A DNA stretch of 64,000 bases from Clostridiales bacterium (lineage in GTDB: Bacteria > Bacillota > Clostridia > Christensenellales > UBA1242): contig SVIV01000002.1 in NCBI GenBank assembly GCA_015069325.1, positions 181,694 to 245,693 on the forward strand. Direction: 5' to 3'. Of this stretch, positions 56,692-64,000 are shown one piece after another. Below the pieces are notes generated by a model. It saw only the letters and a list, made by a program, of their open reading frames with translations, was not told where the DNA came from and made no database searches. The position numbers were made by a program, and so were the translations under genes. Each line of letters starts with the position of its first letter. Position 1 is the stretch's first letter.

Positions 56692-57645
56692 CTATTCTCC
56701 CTTTTCGTAAATCTTTAAAATCTTTTCTTTCAACTCTTCCTTTCGCACAAACATTCTATTATTAGACGACACTATCAAAACACCCTTTTTATTTTCTTTA
56801 TAACACACGAAAAAACTCTTCTCTGCAAAATCATCAACAGTTGTTTTTTCGCCATTTATATTAAAAATATTTGCAACAAGCAGCTCAATGCCTTTACCCT
56901 TTAAAATATCTGCGCAATCTTTATGAATCACTTTGGCGTCCATACTTGTCATCAATTTCAGCTGAGAATAATTCATTTTCCTGATTGTATTTGAATGACT
57001 AAAAATAGGATTAATTTCTTTAACCCCATCAACATCTGTCCAATTTTCATATATGCAGGATTTTAAAATTTTAGCAAAAATCGCCCCAGTAACATCACTT
57101 CCCCCACGAGAGAATAATTTCAACTTATTATTCTCATCTATCCCATAAAAACCCGGAACAATTATTTGCTGATATTTATTTAAATAATAGCTTAATTTTC
57201 TTCTGATTTTTCTATAATCAATTTTTTCATTTTTAAAATACACTATTTTTTCAGCAGGCACAAAAGGAATATTTAAATATTTACTAAGCAAATAACTTGT
57301 TAAATATTCTCCCCTGGAAATCAAATAATTAAAATCTTTATTTTTATTATATTTAGCAATTGTTTTGTTGATTTTTTCATTAATATTGACGTTTTTGTCG
57401 ATTTTTAAAGAAATTTTATCAAATTTATCTTTTATTTTGTTAATTATCAAAACCTTGTCATTTTCTTTTGTCAACGCAATCAACAAATCAGTGATTTTAA
57501 AATCATTTTGAAATTCTTTGCCAATAGCAGAAAAAACTAAAATCCTCCTAGTTTTATCCTGTGTCAACAACCGGATATTTTCAATGGATTGTTCACTAGT
57601 CGTCGCGCTTCCTCCAAATTTACAAACTACTATTTTTTCTTTCAA
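56692..57645 (-). CDS. aspartate kinase catalytic domain protein (no ACT domains)
   Basis: 317 aa with VVCKFGGSA and FSRGGSDVTGAIFAKIL...WTDVDGV, the aspartokinase amino-acid-kinase fold. It ends before any ACT regulatory domain. Confidence 0.7.
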   Translation of the reverse strand: MKEKIVVCKFGGSATTSEQSIENIRLLTQDKTRRILVFSAIGKEFQNDFKITDLLIALTKENDKVLIINKIKDKFDKISLKIDKNVNINEKINKTIAKYNKNKDFNYLISRGEYLTSYLLSKYLNIPFVPAEKIVYFKNEKIDYRKIRRKLSYYLNKYQQIIVPGFYGIDENNKLKLFSRGGSDVTGAIFAKILKSCIYENWTDVDGVKEINPIFSHSNTIRKMNYSQLKLMTSMDAKVIHKDCADILKGKGIELLVANIFNINGEKTTVDDFAEKSFFVCYKENKKGVLIVSSNNRMFVRKEELKEKILKIYEKGE

Positions 57646-58591
57646 TCAACTTCTCCAATATTTGCACACCATTTTGACCTGCCCCTTTCCTTAAATTGTC
57701 AGACGACAAAAACAGTGAAAAACTTTTATCATTAAACTCGTCTTTTTTAAGCCTTCCAACCAAAACATAATCTTGCTCTCTGCTAAGCATTGGCATTGGG
57801 TGAGTAATATATTTCACTCCTTCGCTTTCATCTAACACTTTTCGCAATTCGTCCACACTTACATTCTGTTTAGTTTCAAAAAAAATTGAAATGCTATGCC
57901 CAATATCAACAGGAACCCTCACCGTCATCGCAGAAATTTTTATATCAAAATCATTTAAAATTTTCTTCGTCTCAAACAGCATTTTCTTTTCTTCGGTGCA
58001 ACAGCCATTTCCATCAATACTGCCGATATATGGAATTAAATTATTCTTAATAGGATAATCCAAAAATTGAAGATGCATTGAATTTGTTTCGTCAAATTCA
58101 GACATTGCACCTTTTCCTGCTCCGCTTACAGCTTGATAAGTTGAATAGACTATTCTTTCAAGCCCAAATCTTTTATGTATCTCATTAAGCGCAACAACGC
58201 TAGCAATTGTTGAGCAATTTGGATTGCAAATAATATTCCCTTGCGCATCTGCCATATTCACTTCTGGGACAATCAACGGATAATCCTTTCGATACGCCGA
58301 AGAAAAATCAATCACTTGGCAACCTGCTTTAGCTAGCAAGTCAATATACTTCCTTGAAATATCTTCGCCAGTGCAAAACAGCGCAAAGTCATATACTCTT
58401 TGATAAAGAGTTTCTTCGCAAAGGCTGATTATTTTTTTGCTTTTTCCCGCAAACAAAACTTTTTCGCCTTCACTTTTTGACGACGCAAATAAAAATATAT
58501 TATGCCTGCAAAGCCCCCTTTCTTCTAAAATCTTTAAAGTAGTCCTGCCAACCAATCCTGTTGCACCTATAATTGCAATATTAAATTTCAT
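57620..58591 (-). CDS. asd: aspartate-semialdehyde dehydrogenase
   Basis: 323 aa from the ATG at 58591 (RBS AGGGGGGA). IAIIGATGLVGR Rossmann motif and NPNCSTI active-site Cys. The track start at 58690 is an extension. Confidence 0.9.
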   Translation of the reverse strand: MKFNIAIIGATGLVGRTTLKILEERGLCRHNIFLFASSKSEGEKVLFAGKSKKIISLCEETLYQRVYDFALFCTGEDISRKYIDLLAKAGCQVIDFSSAYRKDYPLIVPEVNMADAQGNIICNPNCSTIASVVALNEIHKRFGLERIVYSTYQAVSGAGKGAMSEFDETNSMHLQFLDYPIKNNLIPYIGSIDGNGCCTEEKKMLFETKKILNDFDIKISAMTVRVPVDIGHSISIFFETKQNVSVDELRKVLDESEGVKYITHPMPMLSREQDYVLVGRLKKDEFNDKSFSLFLSSDNLRKGAGQNGVQILEKLIERKNSSL

Positions 58592-58717
58592 AATCCCCCC
58601 TATATTTTTAAATGAAATAAAATATAAAAATGTGAACTTTATCAACAAATATATTTTTACAAATAAAAAAAAGACATTTTGAAAATTCAAAATATCTTCT
58701 TTTTTATGATTTTATTA

Positions 58718-59245
58718 TTAATATTTTCGGATTTTCTTGATAATCGCTAAATATCCCCAAGCAATCAATCCCCCTACAGTTACACTCAGGCAATTTAAAA
58801 GGACATCACTTAATTGCACTGAACGCGGGATAGGTAAAACAAACTGACAAGTTTCAATCAATAAGCCTGTTAGCAATCCAAAACCAATTAAAATCAAAAG
58901 CTTTGCCCACCACTGCTTTTTTCTCGCAAAATAATAAATCATCATTCCTACAGGAATTAACATTAAAAGATTGATAACCAAATCAAATGTCGCAATGTGA
59001 GAAAGCGACCACTTAATTGTTTTACTACACCATTGCCCACCGAAATCAAAATCCACTATTATTTGATTTTCAGATATCGCAAGACTTCCAAACACCCCGC
59101 AAAATAGAACAATCAAATACATACAAAAAAATACTATTGTAAGAATATTTCTTACCCTATCCTTTCTAATACACCAAATTGCGATTGGCAAAGCAAAATA
59201 ACAAAGCACGCCAACGCACAACACTAGCCAAGTTGGTAAAATCAT
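58718..59245 (-). CDS. VanZ-like membrane protein
   Basis: 175 aa, 4-5 TM helices. R.VQLSDVLLN..... motif of the VanZ family. Confidence 0.7.
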   Translation of the reverse strand: MILPTWLVLCVGVLCYFALPIAIWCIRKDRVRNILTIVFFCMYLIVLFCGVFGSLAISENQIIVDFDFGGQWCSKTIKWSLSHIATFDLVINLLMLIPVGMMIYYFARKKQWWAKLLILIGFGLLTGLLIETCQFVLPIPRSVQLSDVLLNCLSVTVGGLIAWGYLAIIKKIRKY

Positions 59246-59270
59246 ATTTTCTCCTTTGCGATCAATTTTA

Positions 59271-60488
59271 TTACAAGATATATCCGTTGAGTTCTAATAA
59301 TTTTTGTGCACTTTCAACCGAATCAACACCTTCTTTGTTTTTAATAGGTGCAAATTCTTCTTCTCGGATAACTTCAAAAGGCAAAACAGACGAAGCAAAT
59401 TCAACCAAATCAACATTAAGATATTCAAATTTATGTGCATTTGGCTCTTGCGGTTTTACAAGTTCACCTTCATCATTTACAAAAGAAACCTTTTTGGTAA
59501 CTATATGAAGTGGGAGTTTTTCATCTTTAATTTTATAAAGTAAATCGATATCATACAGATAATTGAAAATCACACCAAAATTATAAAGTCTTTCACCTTG
59601 CTCATCCACTGCTGTTGCCATATCTTCTGTCAAGTCAACATATTCTATTACACTTGGACTGCCGCCACGTTTACATATAACCCCAACTTTTTCATAAGGA
59701 TTTGCTTTGCGAATTACCTTTGCACCAACTTGATATTGTCCCTTGATAGTAGCACCTACAAAAACCGGATCACCAACTTTTTGTAAAACATTATCAACCG
59801 CAAAAATATTCAGCCACTTTACCCCGCTTGATTGCAAAAGCTTGTATGCTTCTTTATTTTTAAGCAAGGATTTAAACATTCCGCCATTCCCATTAGGCGA
59901 CGACGCAACTCTTCCTTTTTCTTCAAGCAAAACTTTGCCATTAAAATCTACACAAGGTGCCATCTCTTGAACAAAAAATCTTATATAGTTTTTATCATAT
60001 CCAAAATAATTTTTTTCTTCTAAAAATGCTTTTGTTTCTTCGTCATTTTTTTCACTCGTCATAATGAAAAATGGCATCATTCTTCCGCACTCTTTTACAA
60101 CTTCTAGCGCATTTTCAAAAAGACGCTGAAAAATAAAAACATCTTTTGTTTTACCTATATTATAAACTCCTTTTGGGTGATCAGAGCCAAGTCTTGTGCC
60201 CATACCACCAGCCACTAAAAGAAGCCCTACGTCTCCTTTTCTTAATGCGTCAAGCCCAACTTTCTTAAACTCAAGTTTCCTTTCTTCAATTTCTTTTCTT
60301 GTCATTGCCTTTATTGGTGAAACTTCTCTTATGTCAGGTTCAGCTTTTTTATTCAATTCATCTAAATATGAAAAATCAATCGTTTCAAGTTGTTTTTCAA
60401 GAATACTTAACTCTTCTTTCGTAAGATCTTTTTCAAACTTTAATAATTGCTCTTGCCCTAATTCTTTTAATTTTTCTCTTATATTCAT
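59271..60488 (-). CDS. UDP-sugar (UDP-N-acetylhexosamine/UTP-hexose-1-P) pyrophosphorylase, UDPGP family
   Basis: 405 aa from the ATG at 60488 (RBS AAAGGAG). LLVAGGMGTRLGSDHPKG signature. Confidence 0.8.
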   Translation of the reverse strand: MNIREKLKELGQEQLLKFEKDLTKEELSILEKQLETIDFSYLDELNKKAEPDIREVSPIKAMTRKEIEERKLEFKKVGLDALRKGDVGLLLVAGGMGTRLGSDHPKGVYNIGKTKDVFIFQRLFENALEVVKECGRMMPFFIMTSEKNDEETKAFLEEKNYFGYDKNYIRFFVQEMAPCVDFNGKVLLEEKGRVASSPNGNGGMFKSLLKNKEAYKLLQSSGVKWLNIFAVDNVLQKVGDPVFVGATIKGQYQVGAKVIRKANPYEKVGVICKRGGSPSVIEYVDLTEDMATAVDEQGERLYNFGVIFNYLYDIDLLYKIKDEKLPLHIVTKKVSFVNDEGELVKPQEPNAHKFEYLNVDLVEFASSVLPFEVIREEEFAPIKNKEGVDSVESAQKLLELNGYIL

Positions 60489-60573
60489 AAACGCTCCTTT
60501 TGATTTATTATAACATATCACAAAAACATAACAAACTATTATTAAACAAAACAGGGCAAACAAAAACACTGCC

Positions 60574-60996
60574 CTATTTATTTAATTTATCTTCTCGCTT
60601 ATACGGATATGGCAAAAGTTTATCTGATGAAACTTTTAATATTTTCTTATTTTCAATATCTTCTACAACAACATTTAAATTCAATCCAAACTTTTCGAAA
60701 ATATATCTACATAACCCGCAAGGCGAAACAACCCTTGTTTTACCTTCTTTATCCATTTTGACTGCAACAATACTATCAAGCGCTCTTTCTCCACAAGCGT
60801 ATGCTTGCCCTATTGCTACCTGTTCGGCACACACAGAGTGAGACGTTTTTAAATTTACTCCAATATACACCTTGCCTGATTTTGCACGAACAGCACAACC
60901 TACGTGCATAGAAGGATCATTATAAATATCACTATTTTTAAGCACAACTTCGCGAGCAATCTCAATTAATTCTTCATCTTGCTTTGTCAGTTTCAT
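60574..60996 (-). CDS. cdd: cytidine/deoxycytidine deaminase family protein
   Basis: 140 aa with zinc ligands CAEQ...PCGLCR. Confidence 0.8.
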   Translation of the reverse strand: MKLTKQDEELIEIAREVVLKNSDIYNDPSMHVGCAVRAKSGKVYIGVNLKTSHSVCAEQVAIGQAYACGERALDSIVAVKMDKEGKTRVVSPCGLCRYIFEKFGLNLNVVVEDIENKKILKVSSDKLLPYPYKREDKLNK

Positions 60997-61004
60997 TCTT
61001 TCTC

Positions 61005-61463
61005 CTATTCACTAAATGTATATGTGATTTCTTTGCAGTTGATCATCAATCTTGCTTCAACTCCTGCCTTACCTTCAAAAACAATATGCACCTTTTCGAC
61101 GCCAACCATTGTGCGAGCAAAATATAATGGATAGCCTTTATAAATTTTCAAGAAATCTCTTATTGCATAAATATTTGATTTTTTTCCATATCCAAGCTTA
61201 CTTCTTTCCTTAAGCATTTTTTTATGGAATGTTTTTGAAATTTCAATATCACAATCTGCATCATCTAAAAGATTTGTTGAAATAGTCAGTCTGTTTGCAT
61301 CAAAATCCACAACAGAATTTATATATCCTTTGCTACCAGATAAACTGCAAGACAAAATAAGCTTATCTCCTTCCATCTTAATATCTTCCAATACTTCACC
61401 GTGAATATACGGAAGAAGTGGCAATGTTTTATTTGTTAATTTAAATTTTATTTCTTTATTCAT
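61005..61463 (-). CDS. hypothetical protein
   Basis: 152-aa ORF. RBS AGGGAGAAA. No motif recognised. Confidence 0.45.
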   Translation of the reverse strand: MNKEIKFKLTNKTLPLLPYIHGEVLEDIKMEGDKLILSCSLSGSKGYINSVVDFDANRLTISTNLLDDADCDIEISKTFHKKMLKERSKLGYGKKSNIYAIRDFLKIYKGYPLYFARTMVGVEKVHIVFEGKAGVEARLMINCKEITYTFSE

Positions 61464-61678
61464 TATTTCTCCCTATTGTTTTAACTAAGTATAACACAAA
61501 AATCTTCTTTTTCGAAATAAATATACAATGTTTTTGGGTTATTATAAGTGTCAAATAATTTTTTTTGTCAAAATATCGCTACAAATAGGAATAAATCTAT
61601 ATTTCAAATAAAAACAAAATTATAATTTGGTTTGCAAACTAAAAAAACAAAAAACACTGGAGTATATGAACCCAATTT

Positions 61679-61888
61679 TTATTCAAAATAAAACAAATGC
61701 TCAAAATCCACGTCAAGGGCAATACATAATAGAATTGCAAGTTTTACTGACGGATTAAATATCCCCTTCTCAATGGAAATAATTGTTTGTCTAGTTGTTC
61801 CAACCGTTTTCGCCAAGTCTTCTTGGGATAAGTTTTTTTCTTTACGAAGCTGTCTGACCTTGTTTTTTAAAATCAATCTATTGTTCAT
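61679..61888 (-). CDS. XRE-family HTH transcriptional regulator (YozG-like)
   Basis: 69 aa with NKVRQLRKEKNLSQEDLAKTVGTTRQTIISIEKG. Confidence 0.85.
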   Translation of the reverse strand: MNNRLILKNKVRQLRKEKNLSQEDLAKTVGTTRQTIISIEKGIFNPSVKLAILLCIALDVDFEHLFYFE

Positions 61889-62220
61889 TAAATCACTCCA
61901 GATAAGTCAAGAATAAAATTAATAATCATAATACATGCACCAAAACCTTCTAAAACAGCTCCAATCAAAACTCCGACTAGACGTTTCGCAATAAAATACT
62001 GACAAAAATAAAACGCACTCGCCCAAGTAAAACAAATCGCACCAATTGCCCAAATGCATTCTCTGAGTCCCAAAGCACCTAAAACAATCATAAAAACAAC
62101 TGCCATAACGCCTGCACAAATCACTGCTATCCAATTTGACTTATCAATTTTTGTCTTTTCCATCTCCCCAATAACCACTTTTTTGCTTTGTGATTTTTTT
62201 AATATTTCGTCTTTTTCCAT
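61888..62220 (-). CDS. small membrane protein co-transcribed with the XRE regulator
   Basis: 110 aa, 3 TM helices. Its stop overlaps the XRE gene start. Confidence 0.55.
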   Translation of the reverse strand: MEKDEILKKSQSKKVVIGEMEKTKIDKSNWIAVICAGVMAVVFMIVLGALGLRECIWAIGAICFTWASAFYFCQYFIAKRLVGVLIGAVLEGFGACIMIINFILDLSGVI

Positions 62221-62234
62221 ACTTTTTCCCTTTT

Positions 62235-62254
62235 ATGTAAAGTAAACTTTACAT
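62235..62254. promoter_or_regulatory. 20-bp perfect palindrome operator ATGTAAAGT-TT-ACTTTACAT just downstream of a TTGACA-N18-TATAAT promoter
   Basis: -35 at 62283-88 and -10 at 62259-64 (minus strand). The palindrome overlaps the expected transcription start of the membrane-protein/XRE operon. Confidence 0.55.
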
Positions 62255-62327
62255 TGTTATTATACGCAAAGAAAAAACAAAATGTCAAGTATTATTTACA
62301 AAAAAAGAAAGTCTTTTCAACTTTCTT

Positions 62328-62780
62328 TTAATTTAATATCCATAAAGCCATATTTAAGCTTGTAGCTATGCAAAGCCAAATAGGATAAAGAGAGATGATA
62401 AATCCGTTCATTGCATCATCTTTGCATATTTCTAAATACAATCTGATGGCAAATAGAGCATTTATGATAATGACAACATTTCCCAAAAACAATTGATTAA
62501 GGGTAAAGAATACCAAACACCAAAGAATATTTAAAACCCCATTGACAATCAAAAGGATGATATTTTCCTTTGAAATTGGTCTTCTTGATTGCCATTTGAT
62601 AAGCACATATGCAAACAGCCCATATATCACCGTCCACACAATGGGAATAATCCAAGACGGAATCCACTCTGTTGGCTTATCTAAACCGTCAAACCACCCC
62701 ATTCCAAGTTGAGTAAAAAGAGTCCCCAGCCCTGCAACAATTAAAATTGAAACTACAATATAAATCACATTCTTTTTCAT
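62328..62780 (-). CDS. tspO: TspO/MBR family tryptophan-rich sensory protein
   Basis: 150 aa, 5 TM helices, with W..L.KP.W.P....PIVWTVIY. Confidence 0.8.
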   Translation of the reverse strand: MKKNVIYIVVSILIVAGLGTLFTQLGMGWFDGLDKPTEWIPSWIIPIVWTVIYGLFAYVLIKWQSRRPISKENIILLIVNGVLNILWCLVFFTLNQLFLGNVVIIINALFAIRLYLEICKDDAMNGFIISLYPIWLCIATSLNMALWILN

Positions 62781-62941
62781 AATGCTATTATATGCCTTAT
62801 TTGTTCAATTTATACATAATAATATGCACAAAATTAACTAAGCCAATACAAATGCTTTTGAAAGACACAAAACTTAAACTAGCATAATAATTAAACTTAA
62901 CATCTCGGAAAAATAAAACAGATTACGTATGTAAGCCTTTT

Positions 62942-63796
62942 TTATTTTATAAAATCTGCAATAGACGATTCTTTATCCACATAATTTTTTGCATAGACTC
63001 CCGGATTTTGAACATTTTGAACTGCCAACCCTTTCCCTGACAACATATTATCTACACAATCATTTTCCAACATACAAAAATTGTTCATCGACACATCATA
63101 CAATCTAAACTTATTATCATACTCCACTATGGTAAAATGATGAGAATCCCGTTCATACGACATGGAGCCACCTGCTAAATTTTCACTTTTAGATAAACAA
63201 TGATAAGATGTCGCCCCTGTAAGAAGCCACAGATTGTGCGCTATTGCCGATTTCTCCGTGCAAAGCAAACAACAATGTCCCCTTTGCCTATCAATTGATT
63301 GACAAATAAAATCATCACTTTCCTGATCATAAGTTTTTTCAGTCAAAAGCAATCTTAACTCTCGGCGTCGCCCTTCGATATCGTCTTCTGAGGTTTTATA
63401 CTCTACTTTATAGTCATACTTTTTTTCTTTAGCGTTATAATCATCAATTGTTAAACGAATTGCTTTGTTAATTATAGCACCATCAGTCGGTTTGGCTTCT
63501 AAATTATTTTCGATTATTTGTTTTAAATAATCAAAAAATATATAATAAATTTCCTTATCATCTATTTTAAACCCACGATTAGCACCACAATCAACAATAT
63601 CTTGATTTCCATAAAATCCATTTTTTTCTGAGTTCTGTTCAAGAATGCCGACAAGATTGTCAATCAAAACTTTTCTTTGTTCAACATCAGGTTCTTGTGA
63701 GATCTCTTTCCAAATATTTTCAATGTTTTCTTGTTTCCCATATCTAATTTCAACATCTGGCAAAACTTCTTTTGGCGGTGTATATTTCCCTTTCAT
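62942..63796 (-). CDS. hypothetical protein, possible papain/transglutaminase-like Cys-His-Asp fold
   Basis: 284 aa. RGHCCLLCTEKSAIAHNL (Cys) ... SHHFTIVEY (His) ... YDVS (Asp) in the usual order. Weak assignment by eye. Confidence 0.4.
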   Translation of the reverse strand: MKGKYTPPKEVLPDVEIRYGKQENIENIWKEISQEPDVEQRKVLIDNLVGILEQNSEKNGFYGNQDIVDCGANRGFKIDDKEIYYIFFDYLKQIIENNLEAKPTDGAIINKAIRLTIDDYNAKEKKYDYKVEYKTSEDDIEGRRRELRLLLTEKTYDQESDDFICQSIDRQRGHCCLLCTEKSAIAHNLWLLTGATSYHCLSKSENLAGGSMSYERDSHHFTIVEYDNKFRLYDVSMNNFCMLENDCVDNMLSGKGLAVQNVQNPGVYAKNYVDKESSIADFIK

Positions 63797-63821
63797 GTAA
63801 TCTCCTTTTCAATCATTTATA

Positions 63822-63896
63822 TGGTGCACCCAGAAGGACTCGAACCCTCGATAATCGTTCCGAAGACGATTGTGATATCCACTTCACTATGAGTGC
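63822..63896 (-). tRNA. tRNA-Arg (anticodon UCG)
   Basis: 75-nt cloverleaf. Acceptor GCACTCA/TGGGTGC, D arm GTGA/TCAC, anticodon stem ATCGT/ACGAT with loop CTTCGGA, T arm GAGGG-TTCGAGT-CCTTC, encoded CCA. Confidence 0.9.
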
Positions 63897-63951
63897 ATTA
63901 TTGATTCACAAAAGGTAATTTGGTTTCATATATATTCAAAAAAGGAATTGT

Positions 63952-64000
63952 ATGAATTTTATTGACGACAAACTTTTATCGATTAAAGAATATGAAGTTA
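63952..64000 (+). CDS. start of an unidentified ORF running off the window end
   Basis: ATG at 63952 after RBS AAAGGAA. Only 16 codons are visible (MNFIDDKLLSIKEYEV). Confidence 0.25.
   Translation, partial: MNFIDDKLLSIKEYEV

Noticed and set aside
61005-63896. A genomic island integrated at tRNA-Arg.
   Set aside because: The genes next to the tRNA are accessory-looking, but there is no integrase and I could find no direct repeat of the tRNA 3' end downstream. The evidence is insufficient.

Overview
The window is a chromosomal segment from a low-GC (about 30%) endospore-forming Firmicute that looks Clostridia-like. Nearly all genes lie on the minus strand.

The core content is a split division/cell-wall (dcw) cluster fused to the spoIIG sporulation locus. 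One block runs murF-ddl-murE-mraY-murD-ftsW. A second runs murA-ftsQ-ftsA-ftsZ, then three orphan genes, then spoIIGA-sigE-sigG-ylmC. Other core loci:
- yloV-asp23-rpmB, feoAB and nrdR
- spoVG, sleB-ypeB, spoIIR and veg
- holB-ricT-yabB
- asd-ask-glmS
- gltX, asnA and one tRNA-Arg(UCG)

I found no rRNA, CRISPR array, transposase or integrase.

The standout is the region 24.6-29.7 kb, directly downstream of ftsW. It holds a direct-repeat array of six single-gene units encoding a LytTR protein, an unknown protein, PnuC, a GNAT, another unknown protein and a second GNAT.
- Consecutive units are separated by a degenerate decoy copy of the last ~42 codons of ftsW; the native ftsW tail precedes the first unit, and no decoy follows the last.
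- Every unit has twin TGTATACA palindromes exactly 22 bp apart.
- Five of the six have the same extended -10 promoter.
- Four of the five decoy tails are split by a ~106-116 nt insert that folds into a multi-stem structure with compensatory base changes.
- One decoy tail lacks the insert and encodes an intact alternative FtsW C-terminus.

This looks like an integron-like or att-site accretion platform with no recombinase in the window.

Secondary observations:
- two Asn-run leader peptides with terminator and antiterminator hairpins ahead of asnA
- a SpoVM-like small ORF missing from the ORF track
- a GC-rich structured island between sigG and ylmC
- a MurF whose N-terminal domain is replaced by transmembrane helices
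- an orphan VirD4/TraG coupling protein beside DUF285 repeat proteins next to glmS
- a glmS with no room for its ribozyme leader
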